A DNA stretch of 32,000 bases from Bacillus subtilis subsp. subtilis str. 168 (lineage in GTDB: Bacteria; Bacillota; Bacilli; Bacillales; Bacillaceae). The stretch lies in the NCBI RefSeq assembly GCF_000009045.1, contig NC_000964.3:3780001-3812000 (forward strand). Reading direction: 5' to 3'. Both the position numbers and the translations under genes were made by a program. Every line of letters starts with the position of its first letter. Within the stretch, counting starts at the first letter, position 1. This document shows positions 15,491-29,369 of the stretch, one piece after another. A model generated the notes under the pieces. That model ran no database searches and was not told the origin of the DNA. It worked only from the letters and a program-made list of their open reading frames with translations.

Positions 15491-15853
15491 ATGAAATACA
15501 ATTATACAGTGCTGTTATCAGCATTCACGATGTCCGTTCTTTATTCAGTAATTTATATTCATTCATTTATCATTGCCGCTCTCATCACAATGGCATTTTA
15601 TTTTCTGTTTCCTTATTTGATCTTCGCACTGCCGCTTCAAATCATGATGAATAAAAAGCCGAAACGTTTCAGCCCTTTGTATCTGCTGTATTACCTTGCC
15701 GCTGCTTTTATTGCCAACGCGATCATTTTCGGCATGCTTCAGCCTTCGGGACAATCTCTGTTTCAAAATACAGCCTTTTATCTTTTCGCTGTATTAACAG
15801 CTCTTATCTATTGGATATGGGATTCTGTTTTACTGCAAAAAAAGGAAGCCTAA
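15491..15853 (+). CDS. ywlA: UPF0715 family membrane protein YwlA
   Basis: 120 aa, four hydrophobic segments, SD AGGAGG, followed by terminator. Confidence 0.85.
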   Translation: MKYNYTVLLSAFTMSVLYSVIYIHSFIIAALITMAFYFLFPYLIFALPLQIMMNKKPKRFSPLYLLYYLAAAFIANAIIFGMLQPSGQSLFQNTAFYLFAVLTALIYWIWDSVLLQKKEA

Positions 15854-15870
15854 GAGGCTTCCTTTTTTAT
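15838..15870. terminator. Terminator between convergent ywlA and ywkF
   Basis: AAAAAAGGAAGCC-TAAG-AGGCTTCCTTTTTTTATT overlapping the ywlA 3' end. Confidence 0.85.
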
Positions 15871-16157
15871 TAAAACAAAATCGTCAGTAAATAACATAGA
15901 ATGGAAGGTATCGCCGCAACAAAGAAAGCGGCCGCCATTTTCATGCGAGATGTACGGCCTTCTTTGGTTTCTGAATGGTAGTTTGCCCGCTGATCGCTTC
16001 CGCTTACAGCCAAACCCGATGTAATGATCGCGAGCCCCACTAAAACGAGAGACGCAACGCCAAAAATCGCTTCATATGAAAGAGCCTGCGGAAAAATGGT
16101 GCCAATCATGCTCTCAATCGCAATGAGCAGGATTCCTGCTGTCAGGGCCTTTTTCAT
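15870..16157 (-). CDS. ywkF: Small membrane protein YwkF
   Basis: 95 aa from ATG 16157 with SD AAAGGGG; three hydrophobic segments. Confidence 0.8.
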
Positions 16158-16216
16158 GTTTACATCCCCTTTGCTGGTGTTAAACAGCTTGATCCATTCA
16201 CTCGCCAGCAAGCTGC

Positions 16217-17083
16217 TTATTTATTTTTATGAATCAGAGCGCATATGGTTCTGTCTTTTCCATTAATATCTTTCAGCACTTCCACTTCCGCCCCCTTAAA
16301 CGCCTTGAGGATCAGGTCTTTGACCGCCGCTCCCTGTTTCCAGCCGATTTCAAAAACGACAAATACTTTATCCTTCATAACAAGCGGAATGTCTTCCATA
16401 AACCGCTTATAAAATTTCAGCCCGTCTCCGCCATCGGTGAGTGCGTGCAGCGGCTCATGAAAACGGACAATTTCCGATAAATCAGCCATTTCTTCCTCTG
16501 AAATATATGGCGGGTTTGAGACAATGATATCCGCTTTTTTTCCCGCCTTAATAAAAGGCTCAAGCAGATCGCCCTGATAAAAGCGCACATTCGCTCCGAG
16601 TTTTTCTGCATTGGCAGAGGCGACTTGCAGCGCCTCTTTCGAAATATCGACCGCCGACACAGAAAAGCTTTGGTTTTCAAGCGCAAGCGTGACGGCTATT
16701 GCGCCGCTCCCTGTACCAACGTCAACAACTTCGAGCTTGCCGTCTTCAGAAAAAACACTCCGATATTTTTCAAGCAAATGAAAGACAACTTCTTCAGTTT
16801 CCGGCCGCGGGATCAGCACATCATCATTCACCATAAATTCCCGTCCATAAAAAAACTCTTTTCCTATAATGTATTGAACCGGCACGCCCTCTTTATGCAT
16901 CTCAACGTGACGCTTAAAGCGATACAGTTCGTCTTCACCAATCGGTTCCTGTAAGCTTGCGAGCAGCTTGCTTCTCTCCATTCCGGTATCATAAAGCAAT
17001 AGGAGCTCGGCCGCATTTTCTTCTCTTCCCGCTTCGGTTAAATAAGAAGAAGCCCATTTCAGGGCTTCGAATATCGTCTTCAT
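16217..17083 (-). CDS. prmC: Release factor glutamine methyltransferase
   Basis: 288 aa, NPPY motif, [13 protein letters not shown]; adjacent to prfA. Confidence 0.95.
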
Positions 17084-17084
17084 C

Positions 17085-18155
17085 TTAACCTTCCGACTGC
17101 TGAAGCTTGCTTGCCTGATCTTCAACAATCAGCGCTTCAACCACTTCGTCAAGTTTTCCTTCAAGAATCTGATCAAGCTTTTGAATCGTCAAACCGATTC
17201 TGTGATCCGTCACACGGTTTTGCGGGAAGTTGTATGTGCGGATACGTTCAGAGCGGTCACCAGATCCGACTGCTGATTTCCGTGTTTGATCATATTCAGC
17301 CTGGGCTTCCTGCTGAAATTTATCATAGATTCTGGCACGGAGAACCTTCATTGCTTTTTCTTTGTTCTTAATTTGAGATTTTTCATCCTGGCATGATACA
17401 ACAACACCTGTCGGCAAGTGAGTCAGACGAACCGCAGACATTGTTGTGTTAACGCTTTGTCCGCCCGGTCCGCTTGAAGCAAATGTATCGACACGGATAT
17501 CCTTCTCATGGATGTCGACCTCTACCTCTTCTGCCTCAGGAAGACATGCCACTGTTGCAGTGGATGTATGGATGCGTCCGCCTGATTCTGTTTCCGGAAC
17601 ACGCTGTACGCGGTGGGCGCCGTTTTCATATTTGAGTTTAGAATACGCGCCGCTTCCTGTAATCATAAAGATGATCTCTTTGTAGCCGCCCGTTCCGGTT
17701 ACATTCGCTTCCATGACCTCTGTTTTCCAGCCCTGAAGCTCAGCATAACGGGAATACATTCTGTACAGATTGCCCGCGAATAAAGCGGCTTCCTCGCCTC
17801 CCGCAGCCCCGCGGATCTCCATGATAACGTTTTTGTCGTCATTAGGATCTTTCGGGATCAGGAGCACCTTCAGCCGTTCTGACAGTGTTTCCGTTTCCTT
17901 CTGAAGTTCAGAAATCTCTTCCTTCACCATGTCGCGCATCTCAGCATCCAGCTTCTCTTCAAGCATCGCTTTTGCATCAGCCAGCTGTTCTGACGCATCT
18001 CTGTATTGTCTATATACGTCAACTGTTTCTTGTATATCAGATTGCTCTTTTGAATATTCTCTTAGCTTTTTCGGATCGTTGACTACTTCTGGATCGCTCA
18101 AAAGCTCATTTAATTTCTCGTATCGTTCTTCAATTGATTTTAAACGGTCTAACAC
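17085..18155 (-). CDS. prfA: Peptide chain release factor 1
   Basis: 356 aa, GGQ motif ([10 protein letters not shown]), PET anticodon-recognition region; GTG start with SD AGAGGTG. Confidence 0.97.
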   Translation of the reverse strand: MLDRLKSIEERYEKLNELLSDPEVVNDPKKLREYSKEQSDIQETVDVYRQYRDASEQLADAKAMLEEKLDAEMRDMVKEEISELQKETETLSERLKVLLIPKDPNDDKNVIMEIRGAAGGEEAALFAGNLYRMYSRYAELQGWKTEVMEANVTGTGGYKEIIFMITGSGAYSKLKYENGAHRVQRVPETESGGRIHTSTATVACLPEAEEVEVDIHEKDIRVDTFASSGPGGQSVNTTMSAVRLTHLPTGVVVSCQDEKSQIKNKEKAMKVLRARIYDKFQQEAQAEYDQTRKSAVGSGDRSERIRTYNFPQNRVTDHRIGLTIQKLDQILEGKLDEVVEALIVEDQASKLQQSEG

Positions 18156-18280
18156 GGTCTTCACCTCTGTTTTCCTGTGCGTAACATTCTCATTATAGTA
18201 TAGTGATTAACCCCAGTCAAAAGCATTTCAATCCCAGCTGGAAAAGCTCCCTCTGCTATACTGGAATTCGAGGAGGGATG

Positions 18281-18667
18281 ATGTTGCTGAAATCCATACA
18301 TCATATTGCAATCATATGTTCAGATTACGAAAAGTCGAAAGCTTTCTACGTACATAAGCTTGGTTTTCAGGTGATTCAAGAAACGTACCGCGAAGAGCGC
18401 GGCTCCTATAAGCTTGATTTGTCGCTTAACGGCTCGTATGTCATTGAGCTGTTCTCGTTTCCCGATCCGCCCGAACGACAAACCCGGCCTGAAGCCGCAG
18501 GCCTGCGCCACCTCGCCTTTACAGTCGGCAGCTTGGATAAAGCTGTTCAAGAGCTTCATGAAAAAGGAATCGAAACAGAGCCAATCAGAACAGATCCGCT
18601 GACCGGCAAGCGTTTCACCTTCTTTTTTGATCCTGACCAGCTTCCATTAGAACTGTATGAACAATAA
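18281..18667 (+). CDS. ywkD: Glyoxalase/VOC-family protein YwkD
   Basis: 128 aa from second ATG after AGGAGGG; HHIAIICSDYEKSKAFY VOC signature. Confidence 0.88.
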   Translation: MLLKSIHHIAIICSDYEKSKAFYVHKLGFQVIQETYREERGSYKLDLSLNGSYVIELFSFPDPPERQTRPEAAGLRHLAFTVGSLDKAVQELHEKGIETEPIRTDPLTGKRFTFFFDPDQLPLELYEQ

Positions 18668-18684
18668 CAGTTTTTGAAGAAAAA

Positions 18685-18714
18685 AAGGAGATACCCACTT
18701 TCTTTGCCGAATCT
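18685..18714 (+). promoter_or_regulatory. Candidate sigma-H promoter of racA
   Basis: AAGGAGATA - 12 nt - GCCGAATCT, matching RNAGGAWWW / RNNGAATWW. Confidence 0.7.
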
Positions 18715-18788
18715 TTTCTTGTTTTGTCTAACGGGAAGGGAACCGCATTCTATGGTCGAATACCTAGCTTAAAAGGAGGTATGGGATC

Positions 18789-19343
18789 ATGAATACAAAT
18801 ATGGTAGCAAGTGAACTCGGCGTCTCCGCAAAGACGGTGCAGCGGTGGGTGAAGCAGCTGAATCTTCCGGCCGAACGCAATGAGCTCGGACACTATTCGT
18901 TCACGGCAGAAGACGTGAAGGTTCTAAAATCCGTTCAAAAACAAATCTCTGAAGGCACGGCGATTCAGGATATTCATCTGCCGAAAAGCGCTAAAAAGCG
19001 CACAGGCTTCCTTGTCCAAAAAACAAGTAGCGACACAGAACGAAGAATCGAGCAGCTTGAACAAAAGCTGGACACCCTTTTACAGCAAAGGCAGGACGAA
19101 AGCGAATTGATGGCAAGGATGTCGGAACTGGAACGCCAGCTGAAACAAAAAGCCGATGAAGGTGTATCTTACCAGCTGCTTCAGCACCGCAGAGAAATCG
19201 ATGATATTCTTGCAGATCTGCAATCACTGACCTCACAAATGAAAGAATTCACCGCTCATTCGATCCCCGAGACTGCTGCTGCTTCTGAAAAAACCAAAAC
19301 AAGAAAAAAACCGCTGCTGTCACTGTTCAAATTTCAAACCTAA
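18789..19343 (+). CDS. racA: RacA, chromosome-anchoring / axial filament protein
   Basis: 184 aa, N-terminal MerR-like HTH ([19 protein letters not shown]), coiled coil; C-terminal basic tail. Confidence 0.96.
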
Positions 19344-19344
19344 A

Positions 19345-19376
19345 GCAAAAAGCTCCCTTAAAGGGAGCTTTTTTTG
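19345..19376. terminator. Bidirectional terminator between racA and ywkB
   Basis: AAAAGCTCCCTT-AAAGGGAGCTTTTTTT. Confidence 0.9.
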
Positions 19377-20336
19377 TTACGCAGTAAGCGCGATAATGAT
19401 TGGAAGTGAAATCAATGACAGAATCGCACTGACCACAAACGCAGTTGCAGTTTCTTCTTCTTGTTTCTCGAAACGAGTCGCAATCATGGCTGCAACGGCA
19501 GAACCAGGGAATGCAACAAGAAGGATTGCTTTTGTTGTTTGGTCAGCTGGAAGTCCGATAGCAAGAGCAATCAGGAACATTAACGCAGGCTGAACCGCAA
19601 CTTTTAGTAACGCAATACCGATAGCCGGCATACTGAGTTTAATTTTACGAATACCAACGGTAACACCAACAGCGAAGAGAGCAACACCAGATGTTGTGCT
19701 TCCAAGCTGATCAAGCATTTTAACACCCAGCTCAGGAAGAGTGAAATTGAAAACCAGCACCAAGATCATACTGATTAACGGAGCAGCTGCAAGCGGCTCA
19801 CAAAGACCATGCAGGATTGATTTTCCTGTCATCTTCCAGAAGCTGTCGCCACTCTCTTCGTTTTTCTTAGAAGACTCACCAACAGTAGCGATAATGATCG
19901 CGAGCGGATCAAGAATCGCGTTAACCACGATACCTGTGACCGCGATCGGAATCGCAACTTCATTCGCTCCGAATAAGCTTCCCAATACCGGGATACCCAT
20001 AAATGCGAATGTCGGCTGTGCAGAGTTCAAAGAAAATACAGATGAGTTCGTTAAATCATACTTGAATATAAATCTGCAAACCAAAAGAATGATGATATAG
20101 AAACCAACAATCCCAATAATTAAAGAAATCATTAAAGGTACTTGTGATAAAAATTCACTTCTGGAAGTTGTCAAAATACCAGCGATAAAGTGAGCTGGAA
20201 GTGCGTATTTCGTTACTAACGTACTTACCCCTTTTGCCGACTTGGCATCATAACTTCCAAAATGTCCTGCAAACCAACCCAGCACGATAACAAAGAAGAT
20301 CGGCGCCAGGAGGATTAAGATATCTAAGATGCTCAA
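19377..20336 (-). CDS. ywkB: Auxin-efflux-carrier-family transporter YwkB
   Basis: 319 aa from TTG 20336 with SD GGAGGA; ~10 TMs; ORF track start 20351 is an alternative. Confidence 0.87.
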
Positions 20337-20417
20337 AATATTCTCCTCCAAATCCTATGTCCGTATACTTTAGCTTTACAAAAAGCTTTCCCTCGGACAG
20401 AAAAATTTACTCGCTAA

Positions 20418-22169
<1,752 letters not shown>

Positions 22170-22251
22170 AAATATGACCGATCATGATCTTTATGCGACT
22201 TTGTGACAATTATTCGAACAATGTCTCAAAACTATTTACATTACGTAAGCT

Positions 22252-22280
22252 ATTGTATGCCTGTCAAAATCAAAATTCAA
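22252..22280 (-). promoter_or_regulatory. Candidate sigma-A promoter of maeA
   Basis: Minus strand TTGAAT (22280-22275) - 17 nt - TACAAT (22257-22252). Confidence 0.55.
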
Positions 22281-22347
22281 GAGAAGAAAATTACTTAATT
22301 TTTTAATATACTTATTTAAATTTTTTAATTGAATATTATCAGAATAT

Positions 22348-22377
22348 AAAAAAAACACCGGTGTTTTTAGCCGGTGC
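22348..22377 (-). terminator. Intrinsic terminator downstream of tdk
   Basis: Minus strand CACCGG-CTAAAAACA-CCGGTG-TTTTTTTT. Confidence 0.88.
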
Positions 22378-22404
22378 ATTCTATCTTTATACCCATGTTT
22401 TGGA

Positions 22405-22992
22405 CTATTTTTTAGATTTACCTGGGACTTCGTGATGATGTCTGCATCTTGCTTCATATGATTCAGCTGCACCAACCAAAATGACCGGATCATCGTAAGA
22501 AGCAGGTTTGCCGTCAATGAGGCGCTGTGTTCTGCTCGCCGGTGATCCGCAAACAGAACAGACGGCTTGCAGCTTTGTCACACTTTCCGCAATCGCCATG
22601 ATATTCGGGACGACACCGAACGGCTCTCCCCTAAAATCCATATCAAGGCCTGCTGCTATCACACGGTAGCCTTTATCGGCAAGAGATGATAAAACCTCAA
22701 CAATTTCCTGATCAAAAAACTGCACTTCATCAACCGCAACCACATCTGTACTTTCACTGATGTGATCCCAAATGTCCGCAGCAGACGAAATGGCATAGCT
22801 CGTCATCGATGTTCCATTATGGGAGACAACAGCAGCTTCGCTGTATCGGTTATCAATTACAGGCTTAAATACCCTGACTTCCTGCTTGGCATAAGTTGCT
22901 CTCTTCACTCTTCTGATCAGCTCTTCAGATTTCCCCGAGAACATGCTGCCGCAAATCAGCTCAAGCCACCCGCTTTGTTTCATTATGTACAT
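22405..22992 (-). CDS. tdk: Thymidine kinase
   Basis: 195 aa, [18 protein letters not shown]-loop; zinc-binding CSVCG. Confidence 0.97.
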
Positions 22993-23033
22993 AGGCTTCG
23001 CTCCCCTCTCTCTGCCAGCTGTGTTTTAGACAA

Positions 23034-23067
23034 TATAAAAAACAGGCAAGACTGCTGCTTGCCTGTT
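23034..23067 (-). terminator. Intrinsic terminator between rpmE and tdk
   Basis: Minus strand ACAGGCAAG-CAGCAGT-CTTGCCTGT-TTTTTATA. Confidence 0.88.
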
Positions 23068-23080
23068 GAGAAATCTATTA

Positions 23081-23377
<297 letters not shown>

Positions 23378-23399
23378 TTACTTCTTTTGCAAATACAAT

Positions 23400-24683
23400 T
23401 TACCTTCTTGCAGATGATAGATTTGCCTGTTTCCATTCTTGATTGAGAATATCGAAAAATTCCTGGTTTGTTTTGGTTTTTTTCATTTTTCTCATGAACT
23501 TTTCTGCGAAATCAGGTGAATCAGACATCGTTTTGCGGATAGACCATAAACGATCAAGATGCTCTTTAGGCACAAGCAGCTCTTCTTTGCGCGTTCCTGA
23601 ACGGCGGATATCGATGGCAGGGAAGATGCGGCGCTCGGCAAGAGAGCGGTCAAGATGGAGCTCCATGTTGCCTGTTCCCTTGAATTCTTCATAAATGACA
23701 TCATCCATACGTGAACCTGTATCGACCAGAGCCGTAGCAAGGATGGTTAAGCTGCCGCCCTCTTCGATATTTCTCGCAGCCCCAAAGAAGCGTTTCGGAC
23801 GGTGGAACGCCGCTGGGTCAATCCCCCCGGAAAGCGTTCTTCCACTTGGCGGAATCACTAAGTTGTAGGCGCGGGCAAGACGTGTGATGCTGTCCATCAG
23901 GATAATGACGTCTTTTTTGTGTTCCACGAGACGCATCGCACGTTCAAGCACAAGCTCGGCCACTTTGATATGGTTTTCCGGCACTTCATCAAACGTTGAG
24001 CTGACGACATCCCCAGCTACAGAGCGCTCGATATCGGTTACTTCCTCAGGTCTTTCGTCAATTAAAAGCACGATCAGCTCTGCTTCAGGCTGGTTCGCTG
24101 TAATGCTGTTGGCAATTTCCTTCAGCAACATCGTTTTTCCGGCTTTCGGCGGCGCAACAATCAATCCGCGCTGCCCAAATCCAACCGGCGCCATCATGTC
24201 CATAATTCTTGTAGACAAGAAGTTCGGCTTTGTTTCAAGCACCATTTGACGATCCGGATAAAGTGGCGTAAGAGCCGGGAAATGCACACGCTCTTTTGCA
24301 GATTCGGGATCATCCCCATTTACTGCTTCAACGTGCAAAAGTCCATAGTAACGCTCATTTTCTTTTGGCGGGCGAACCTTGCCAGATACTTTGTCTCCGT
24401 TCCGCAAATCGAAACGGCGGATTTGTGAAGCTGAGATGTAAATGTCTTCTGAGCTTGGAGAGTAGTTGATCGGTCTCAGGAATCCGAAACCTTCAGACTG
24501 GATGATCTCGAGAACGCCTTCCATAAACAGCAGATCTTCCTGTTCTGCATTCGCTTTCAGAATGGCGAAAATGAGTTCTTTTTTTGTCAGTTTGCTGTAA
24601 TAGGAGATTTTATAATGTCTTGCAAGTTCATAAAGCTCTTTCAATTTCATATTTTCCAAAGAGGAAATAGATACGTCTTTCAT
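23400..24683 (-). CDS. rho: Transcription termination factor Rho
   Basis: 427 aa, N-terminal cold-shock-like RNA binding domain, P-loop APPKAGKT. Confidence 0.98.
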   Translation of the reverse strand: MKDVSISSLENMKLKELYELARHYKISYYSKLTKKELIFAILKANAEQEDLLFMEGVLEIIQSEGFGFLRPINYSPSSEDIYISASQIRRFDLRNGDKVSGKVRPPKENERYYGLLHVEAVNGDDPESAKERVHFPALTPLYPDRQMVLETKPNFLSTRIMDMMAPVGFGQRGLIVAPPKAGKTMLLKEIANSITANQPEAELIVLLIDERPEEVTDIERSVAGDVVSSTFDEVPENHIKVAELVLERAMRLVEHKKDVIILMDSITRLARAYNLVIPPSGRTLSGGIDPAAFHRPKRFFGAARNIEEGGSLTILATALVDTGSRMDDVIYEEFKGTGNMELHLDRSLAERRIFPAIDIRRSGTRKEELLVPKEHLDRLWSIRKTMSDSPDFAEKFMRKMKKTKTNQEFFDILNQEWKQANLSSARR

Positions 24684-25056
24684 AAAAACACCACGCTTTT
24701 CATAGTCAATATCTTACTCTGAACATGTCATCTGCTGCTTTTGCACAACATCCGCCAAAGCACATTCTTTTTTTAACATAAAGGAACTTCTATCGGTAAC
24801 ACTTCCACCCATGATCGGCGCTTTTGTTAAAAGGATTGTCTTAATGAGTTTTGAAGGAAGCGAGGACAAAAACATGAGAAGATCAATACTTATATCGTCT
24901 GTATGCGGTAGAAATTGAAACTTTCCTAGTGCTTAAAAGAAGGTATTACGCAGTAAAATTCGCAGCACTCTTTATTTTTACCTTATTTCAAAAAATTATT
25001 CAACTGAAATAAGGTTTTGACACGGAATTGATAGAGTTGACGCTTTTCTGCAAAAG

Positions 25057-25085
25057 TTAAAGCGGGCTCACACCCGCTTTTTCTG
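25057..25085 (-). terminator. Intrinsic terminator-like hairpin after glpX
   Basis: Minus strand AAAGCGGG-TGTGAG-CCCGCTTT next to the glpX stop; weak downstream T-run. Confidence 0.7.
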
Positions 25086-25089
25086 TTTG

Positions 25090-26055
25090 TTATGGACGGA
25101 TTACAAGATTTGGTTTCTTTTTCAAGCTGTGTCTGCCGTCAACGAAACGAACAGTGCCCGATTTTGCACGGATAACTAAGCTTTCAGTTGTACCGACAGA
25201 GCCTTTGAATTGAACTCCTTTTAACAGCTCGCCGTCAGTAACCCCTGTAGCTGCAAAAATCGCGTCATCACCCTTCACAAGGTCTTCCATGCGAAGCACT
25301 TTGCTTAAATCAAGGCCCATTTTGTGACAGCGAGTGATTTCTTCTTCGCTTTGCGGAAGAAGTTTACCAATGATTTCTCCGCCGAGTGCTTTTAGCGCAA
25401 CAGCGGAAAGCACACCCTCAGGAGCGCCGCCTGATCCGAACAGGATATCAACGCCCGTGTGGTCGAAAGCCGTGTTGATGGCGCCTGCGACATCGCCGTC
25501 ATTGATCAATTTGATTCTGGCGCCGGCCTCACGAAGCTCGGAAATGATTTTTGCGTGTCTTTCACGGTTTAAAATTGTGGCAACGACGTCCTCAACGTCC
25601 TTGTTTTTCGCTTTTGCCACCGCTTTAAGGTTGTCAATGACAGGTGCTTCGATGTCAATGCAGCCCACCGCTTCCGGACCGACTGCGATTTTTTGCATAT
25701 ACATGTCAGGAGCATTCAGAAGCGTGCCATGGTCTGCGACCGCGATAACCGTCAGCGCGTTCCAGCCGCCGCTTGCTAAGATGTTTGTGCCTTCAAGAGG
25801 GTCAACTGCGACATCAACGCGAGGGCCGTACCCGTTTCCGAGTTTTTCCCCGATATACAGCATTGGCGCTTCGTCCATTTCCCCTTCACCGATTACAACG
25901 GTCCCTTTCATCGGCACTGTATCAAAAACGTCTCTCATTGCACTTGTTGCCGCTTCATCAGCCTCATCTTTTTTTCCCCGGCCCATCCATCTTGCTGATG
26001 CCAATGCCGCAGCTTCTGTCACACGTACCAATTCCATTGATAAACTTCTTTCCAT
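25090..26055 (-). CDS. glpX: Class II fructose-1,6-bisphosphatase (GlpX family, YwjI)
   Basis: 321 aa, [16 protein letters not shown] motifs. Confidence 0.94.
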
Positions 26056-26085
26056 TTCAACACGATCTCCTCTCACAAGAAACCA

Positions 26086-27375
26086 TTATGAATTTTGAAG
26101 CTGTTCTATTTCTTCGTCAGTCATTCTTTCACGCCAAATTGTCGCTCCAAGCCCCTCAAGCTTCTTCTCAAGGCTGCTGTATCCTCGGTCAATATGCTCC
26201 AGTCCCGTAATTTCCGTGACGCCATCAGCCATCAGTCCGGCTACCACCAAGCAGGCTCCGGCACGCAGATCACTCGCCTTCACTTTTGCGCCTTGAAGCT
26301 CGACAGGACCTGTGATGATGGCAGATCTGCCTTCTACTTTCATATTGGCACCCATTCGTCTCAGCTCATCAATGTGCTTGAATCTTGCCGAGTAGATGGT
26401 GTCTGTGACGACACTCGTCCCTTTCGCCCTTGTCAGGAGCGCCGTCATCGGCTGCTGTAAATCAGTCGGAAACCCCGGGTATACGAGGGTTTTGACGTCA
26501 ACCGGCTTTAAGTTCTTCTGCCCGCCGACAATGAGGAGCTGGTCGTCGCTTGTTTCGATATGATAGCCCATTTCTCTCAGCTTTGCCGTTAACGACTCAA
26601 GATGAGTAGGGATGACGTTATCGATAATGACTTCCTTGCCCATTGCAGCCCCTGCAATCATAAATGTCCCGGCTTCAATTCTGTCCGGAATGATCGTATG
26701 CTTGCAGCCGTGCAGTTCCTTCACGCCGTCGATTCGAATCACATTGGTGCCCGCACCTTTGATTTTGGCGCCCATGCTGGTAAGCAATGTCGCGACGTCA
26801 ATGATCTCAGGCTCCTTGGCAGCGTTTTCGATGATCGTTTTCCCTTCTGCCAAAACAGCGGCGAGCATAATGTTAATCGTTGCCCCAACGCTTACGACAT
26901 CTAAATAAATCCGTGCGCCTCTCAGCCTTTCAGCTCGCAAATAAATGGCGCCTTGTTCATTGGTTACTTCAGCTCCGAGTGCTTCAAAGCCTTTGATATG
27001 CTGATCAATCGGACGGGGCCCTAAGTGACAGCCGCCAGGCAATCCAATGACCGCCTGCTTGAAGCGGCCGAGCATCGCCCCCATTAAATAATATGACGCG
27101 CGAAGCTTTTTTACTTTCCCGTTAGGAAGCGGCATGCTGATCATCGACGTAGGGTCAACAACCATTTCCCCATTCTCAAAATGCACGTTGCCGCCGATTT
27201 CCTTTAACAGGTCACGCAGCGTTTCAATATCTGAAATCTCTGGAAGCCCTTCAATTGTCACCTCGGAATTTGCCAAAATGGTTGCAGGTATTAACGCAAC
27301 AGCGCTGTTTTTAGCGCCGCTGATATGTACTGTACCGTTTAACGAGTCACCGCCGGCAATATTCAACTTTTCCAT
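26086..27375 (-). CDS. murZ: UDP-N-acetylglucosamine 1-carboxyvinyltransferase 2
   Basis: 429 aa, [41 protein letters not shown]; MurA fold; [10 protein letters not shown] catalytic Cys loop. This paralogue is also called murAB. Confidence 0.94.
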   Translation of the reverse strand: MEKLNIAGGDSLNGTVHISGAKNSAVALIPATILANSEVTIEGLPEISDIETLRDLLKEIGGNVHFENGEMVVDPTSMISMPLPNGKVKKLRASYYLMGAMLGRFKQAVIGLPGGCHLGPRPIDQHIKGFEALGAEVTNEQGAIYLRAERLRGARIYLDVVSVGATINIMLAAVLAEGKTIIENAAKEPEIIDVATLLTSMGAKIKGAGTNVIRIDGVKELHGCKHTIIPDRIEAGTFMIAGAAMGKEVIIDNVIPTHLESLTAKLREMGYHIETSDDQLLIVGGQKNLKPVDVKTLVYPGFPTDLQQPMTALLTRAKGTSVVTDTIYSARFKHIDELRRMGANMKVEGRSAIITGPVELQGAKVKASDLRAGACLVVAGLMADGVTEITGLEHIDRGYSSLEKKLEGLGATIWRERMTDEEIEQLQNS

Positions 27376-27715
27376 GATAGTCTCCTTCCATAAGAAGATA
27401 GCTGCGGAGCTAAATAAAATGTCATTTTATTCTGTCTCTGCAAATAAAGCTCATGTCCAAAATCTAGCCAATTCGAAGAGAAAGAATACAACACATTGTA
27501 AAATATCAGGAAGAAAATAGCGAAGCTTTGGGGGGTACAGGTTTCAAAAGATGCACAGAGACCCGCCGGCTCGAGAGACATCGTCGTCATCCGGCAAAAG
27601 CAGTACGCATACCCTTCATTCCGATATCAGCTTCTGCAGCCCAATGATTCCTTCTCTGTAAAGCGGCGTCAGCATCTGAAGATCCGCTGTATCAGGTCGG
27701 TGAAATACAAAGGCC

Positions 27716-27745
27716 GCGGCAAACAGGCATAAAGCTGTTTGCCGC
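27716..27745. other. Strong hairpin immediately downstream of tal
   Basis: Perfect 11-bp inverted repeat GCGGCAAACAG-N8-CTGTTTGCCGC, no T-run. Confidence 0.75.
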
Positions 27746-27753
27746 CCCTTTCA

Positions 27754-28449
<696 letters not shown>

Positions 28450-28463
28450 CTAAAGATAGACGG

Positions 28464-28500
28464 AAAACCGCCTGTCAAGCTGTCAGGCGGCTATAAAAAG
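28464..28500 (-). terminator. Intrinsic terminator downstream of fbaA
   Basis: Minus strand CCGCCTG-ACAGCTTGA-CAGGCGG-TTTT. Confidence 0.75.
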
Positions 28501-28511
28501 TTCCAATTGAA

Positions 28512-29369
28512 TTAAGCTTGGTTTGAAGAACCAAATTCACGCATTTTACCGATAACTGTTTCTTTGATCGCTTCACGAGCTGGTCCAAGGTATTTACGTG
28601 GATCGTACTCGTCAGGCTTAGCTGCCAATGTTTCGCGAACAGCTTTTGCAGAAGAAATTTGGTTTTCAGTATTCACGTTGATTTTAGCTGTACCAAGTGA
28701 AATTGATTTTTTGATGTCAGCAGTCGGAATTCCAGTACCGCCGTGAAGAACTAGCGGAAGGCCAGTTGATTTTCCGATCTCTTCCATTTCTTTGAAGCCA
28801 AGGTTTGGCTCACCTTTGTAAGGGCCGTGAACAGAACCTAATGCAGGTGCAAGGCAGTCGATGCCAGTGCGCTCAACAAGCTCTTGGCACTCTTTAGGAT
28901 CAGCGTAGATTACGCCTTCAGCGATAACGTCATCTTCTTGTCCGCCTACTGTTCCAAGCTCAGCTTCTACAGATACTCCGTGGAAATGAGCAAGCTCAAC
29001 AACTTTAGCAGTTGTTGCTACGTTTTCTTCAAATGGATGGTGAGAAGCGTCGATCATTACAGATGTGAAACCTGCATGAATCGCTTTCGCACAAGATTCA
29101 AAGCTTGAACCGTGGTCTAAGTGAATCGCAACAGGAACTGTCACTTTGTACTCTTCCATAAGTGCTTTTACCATAGCAACGACTGTTTTGAAGCCGCCCA
29201 TGTAGCGTCCCGCACCTTCGGAAACACCAAGGATCACTGGAGATTTTTCTTCTTCAGCTGCTTGTAAAATCGCTTGAGTAAACTCAAGGTTGTTTAAGTT
29301 AAATTGTCCTACAGCGTACCCTTTTTCTTTAGCTGTATTCAACATTTCCGTCATAGAAACTAAAGGCAT
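28512..29369 (-). CDS. fbaA: Class II fructose-1,6-bisphosphate aldolase
   Basis: 285 aa from ATG 29369 with SD AAGGAGG; [13 protein letters not shown] and VLHGGTGIP motifs. Confidence 0.97.
   Translation of the reverse strand: MPLVSMTEMLNTAKEKGYAVGQFNLNNLEFTQAILQAAEEEKSPVILGVSEGAGRYMGGFKTVVAMVKALMEEYKVTVPVAIHLDHGSSFESCAKAIHAGFTSVMIDASHHPFEENVATTAKVVELAHFHGVSVEAELGTVGGQEDDVIAEGVIYADPKECQELVERTGIDCLAPALGSVHGPYKGEPNLGFKEMEEIGKSTGLPLVLHGGTGIPTADIKKSISLGTAKINVNTENQISSAKAVRETLAAKPDEYDPRKYLGPAREAIKETVIGKMREFGSSNQA

Noticed and set aside
15232-15501. 89-aa minus-strand ORF overlapping the spoIIR 5' end
   Set aside because: Out of frame with the convincingly identified spoIIR; contains no signature and no SD.
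24878-24922. 14-aa plus-strand ORF MRRSILISSVCGRN* in the rho upstream gap
   Set aside because: Very short, weak SD, no evidence of a plus-strand promoter.
25334-26098. 254-aa plus-strand ORF opposite glpX
   Set aside because: Antisense to a clear glpX reading frame, low-complexity S/A/T-rich translation, no SD; shadow ORF.
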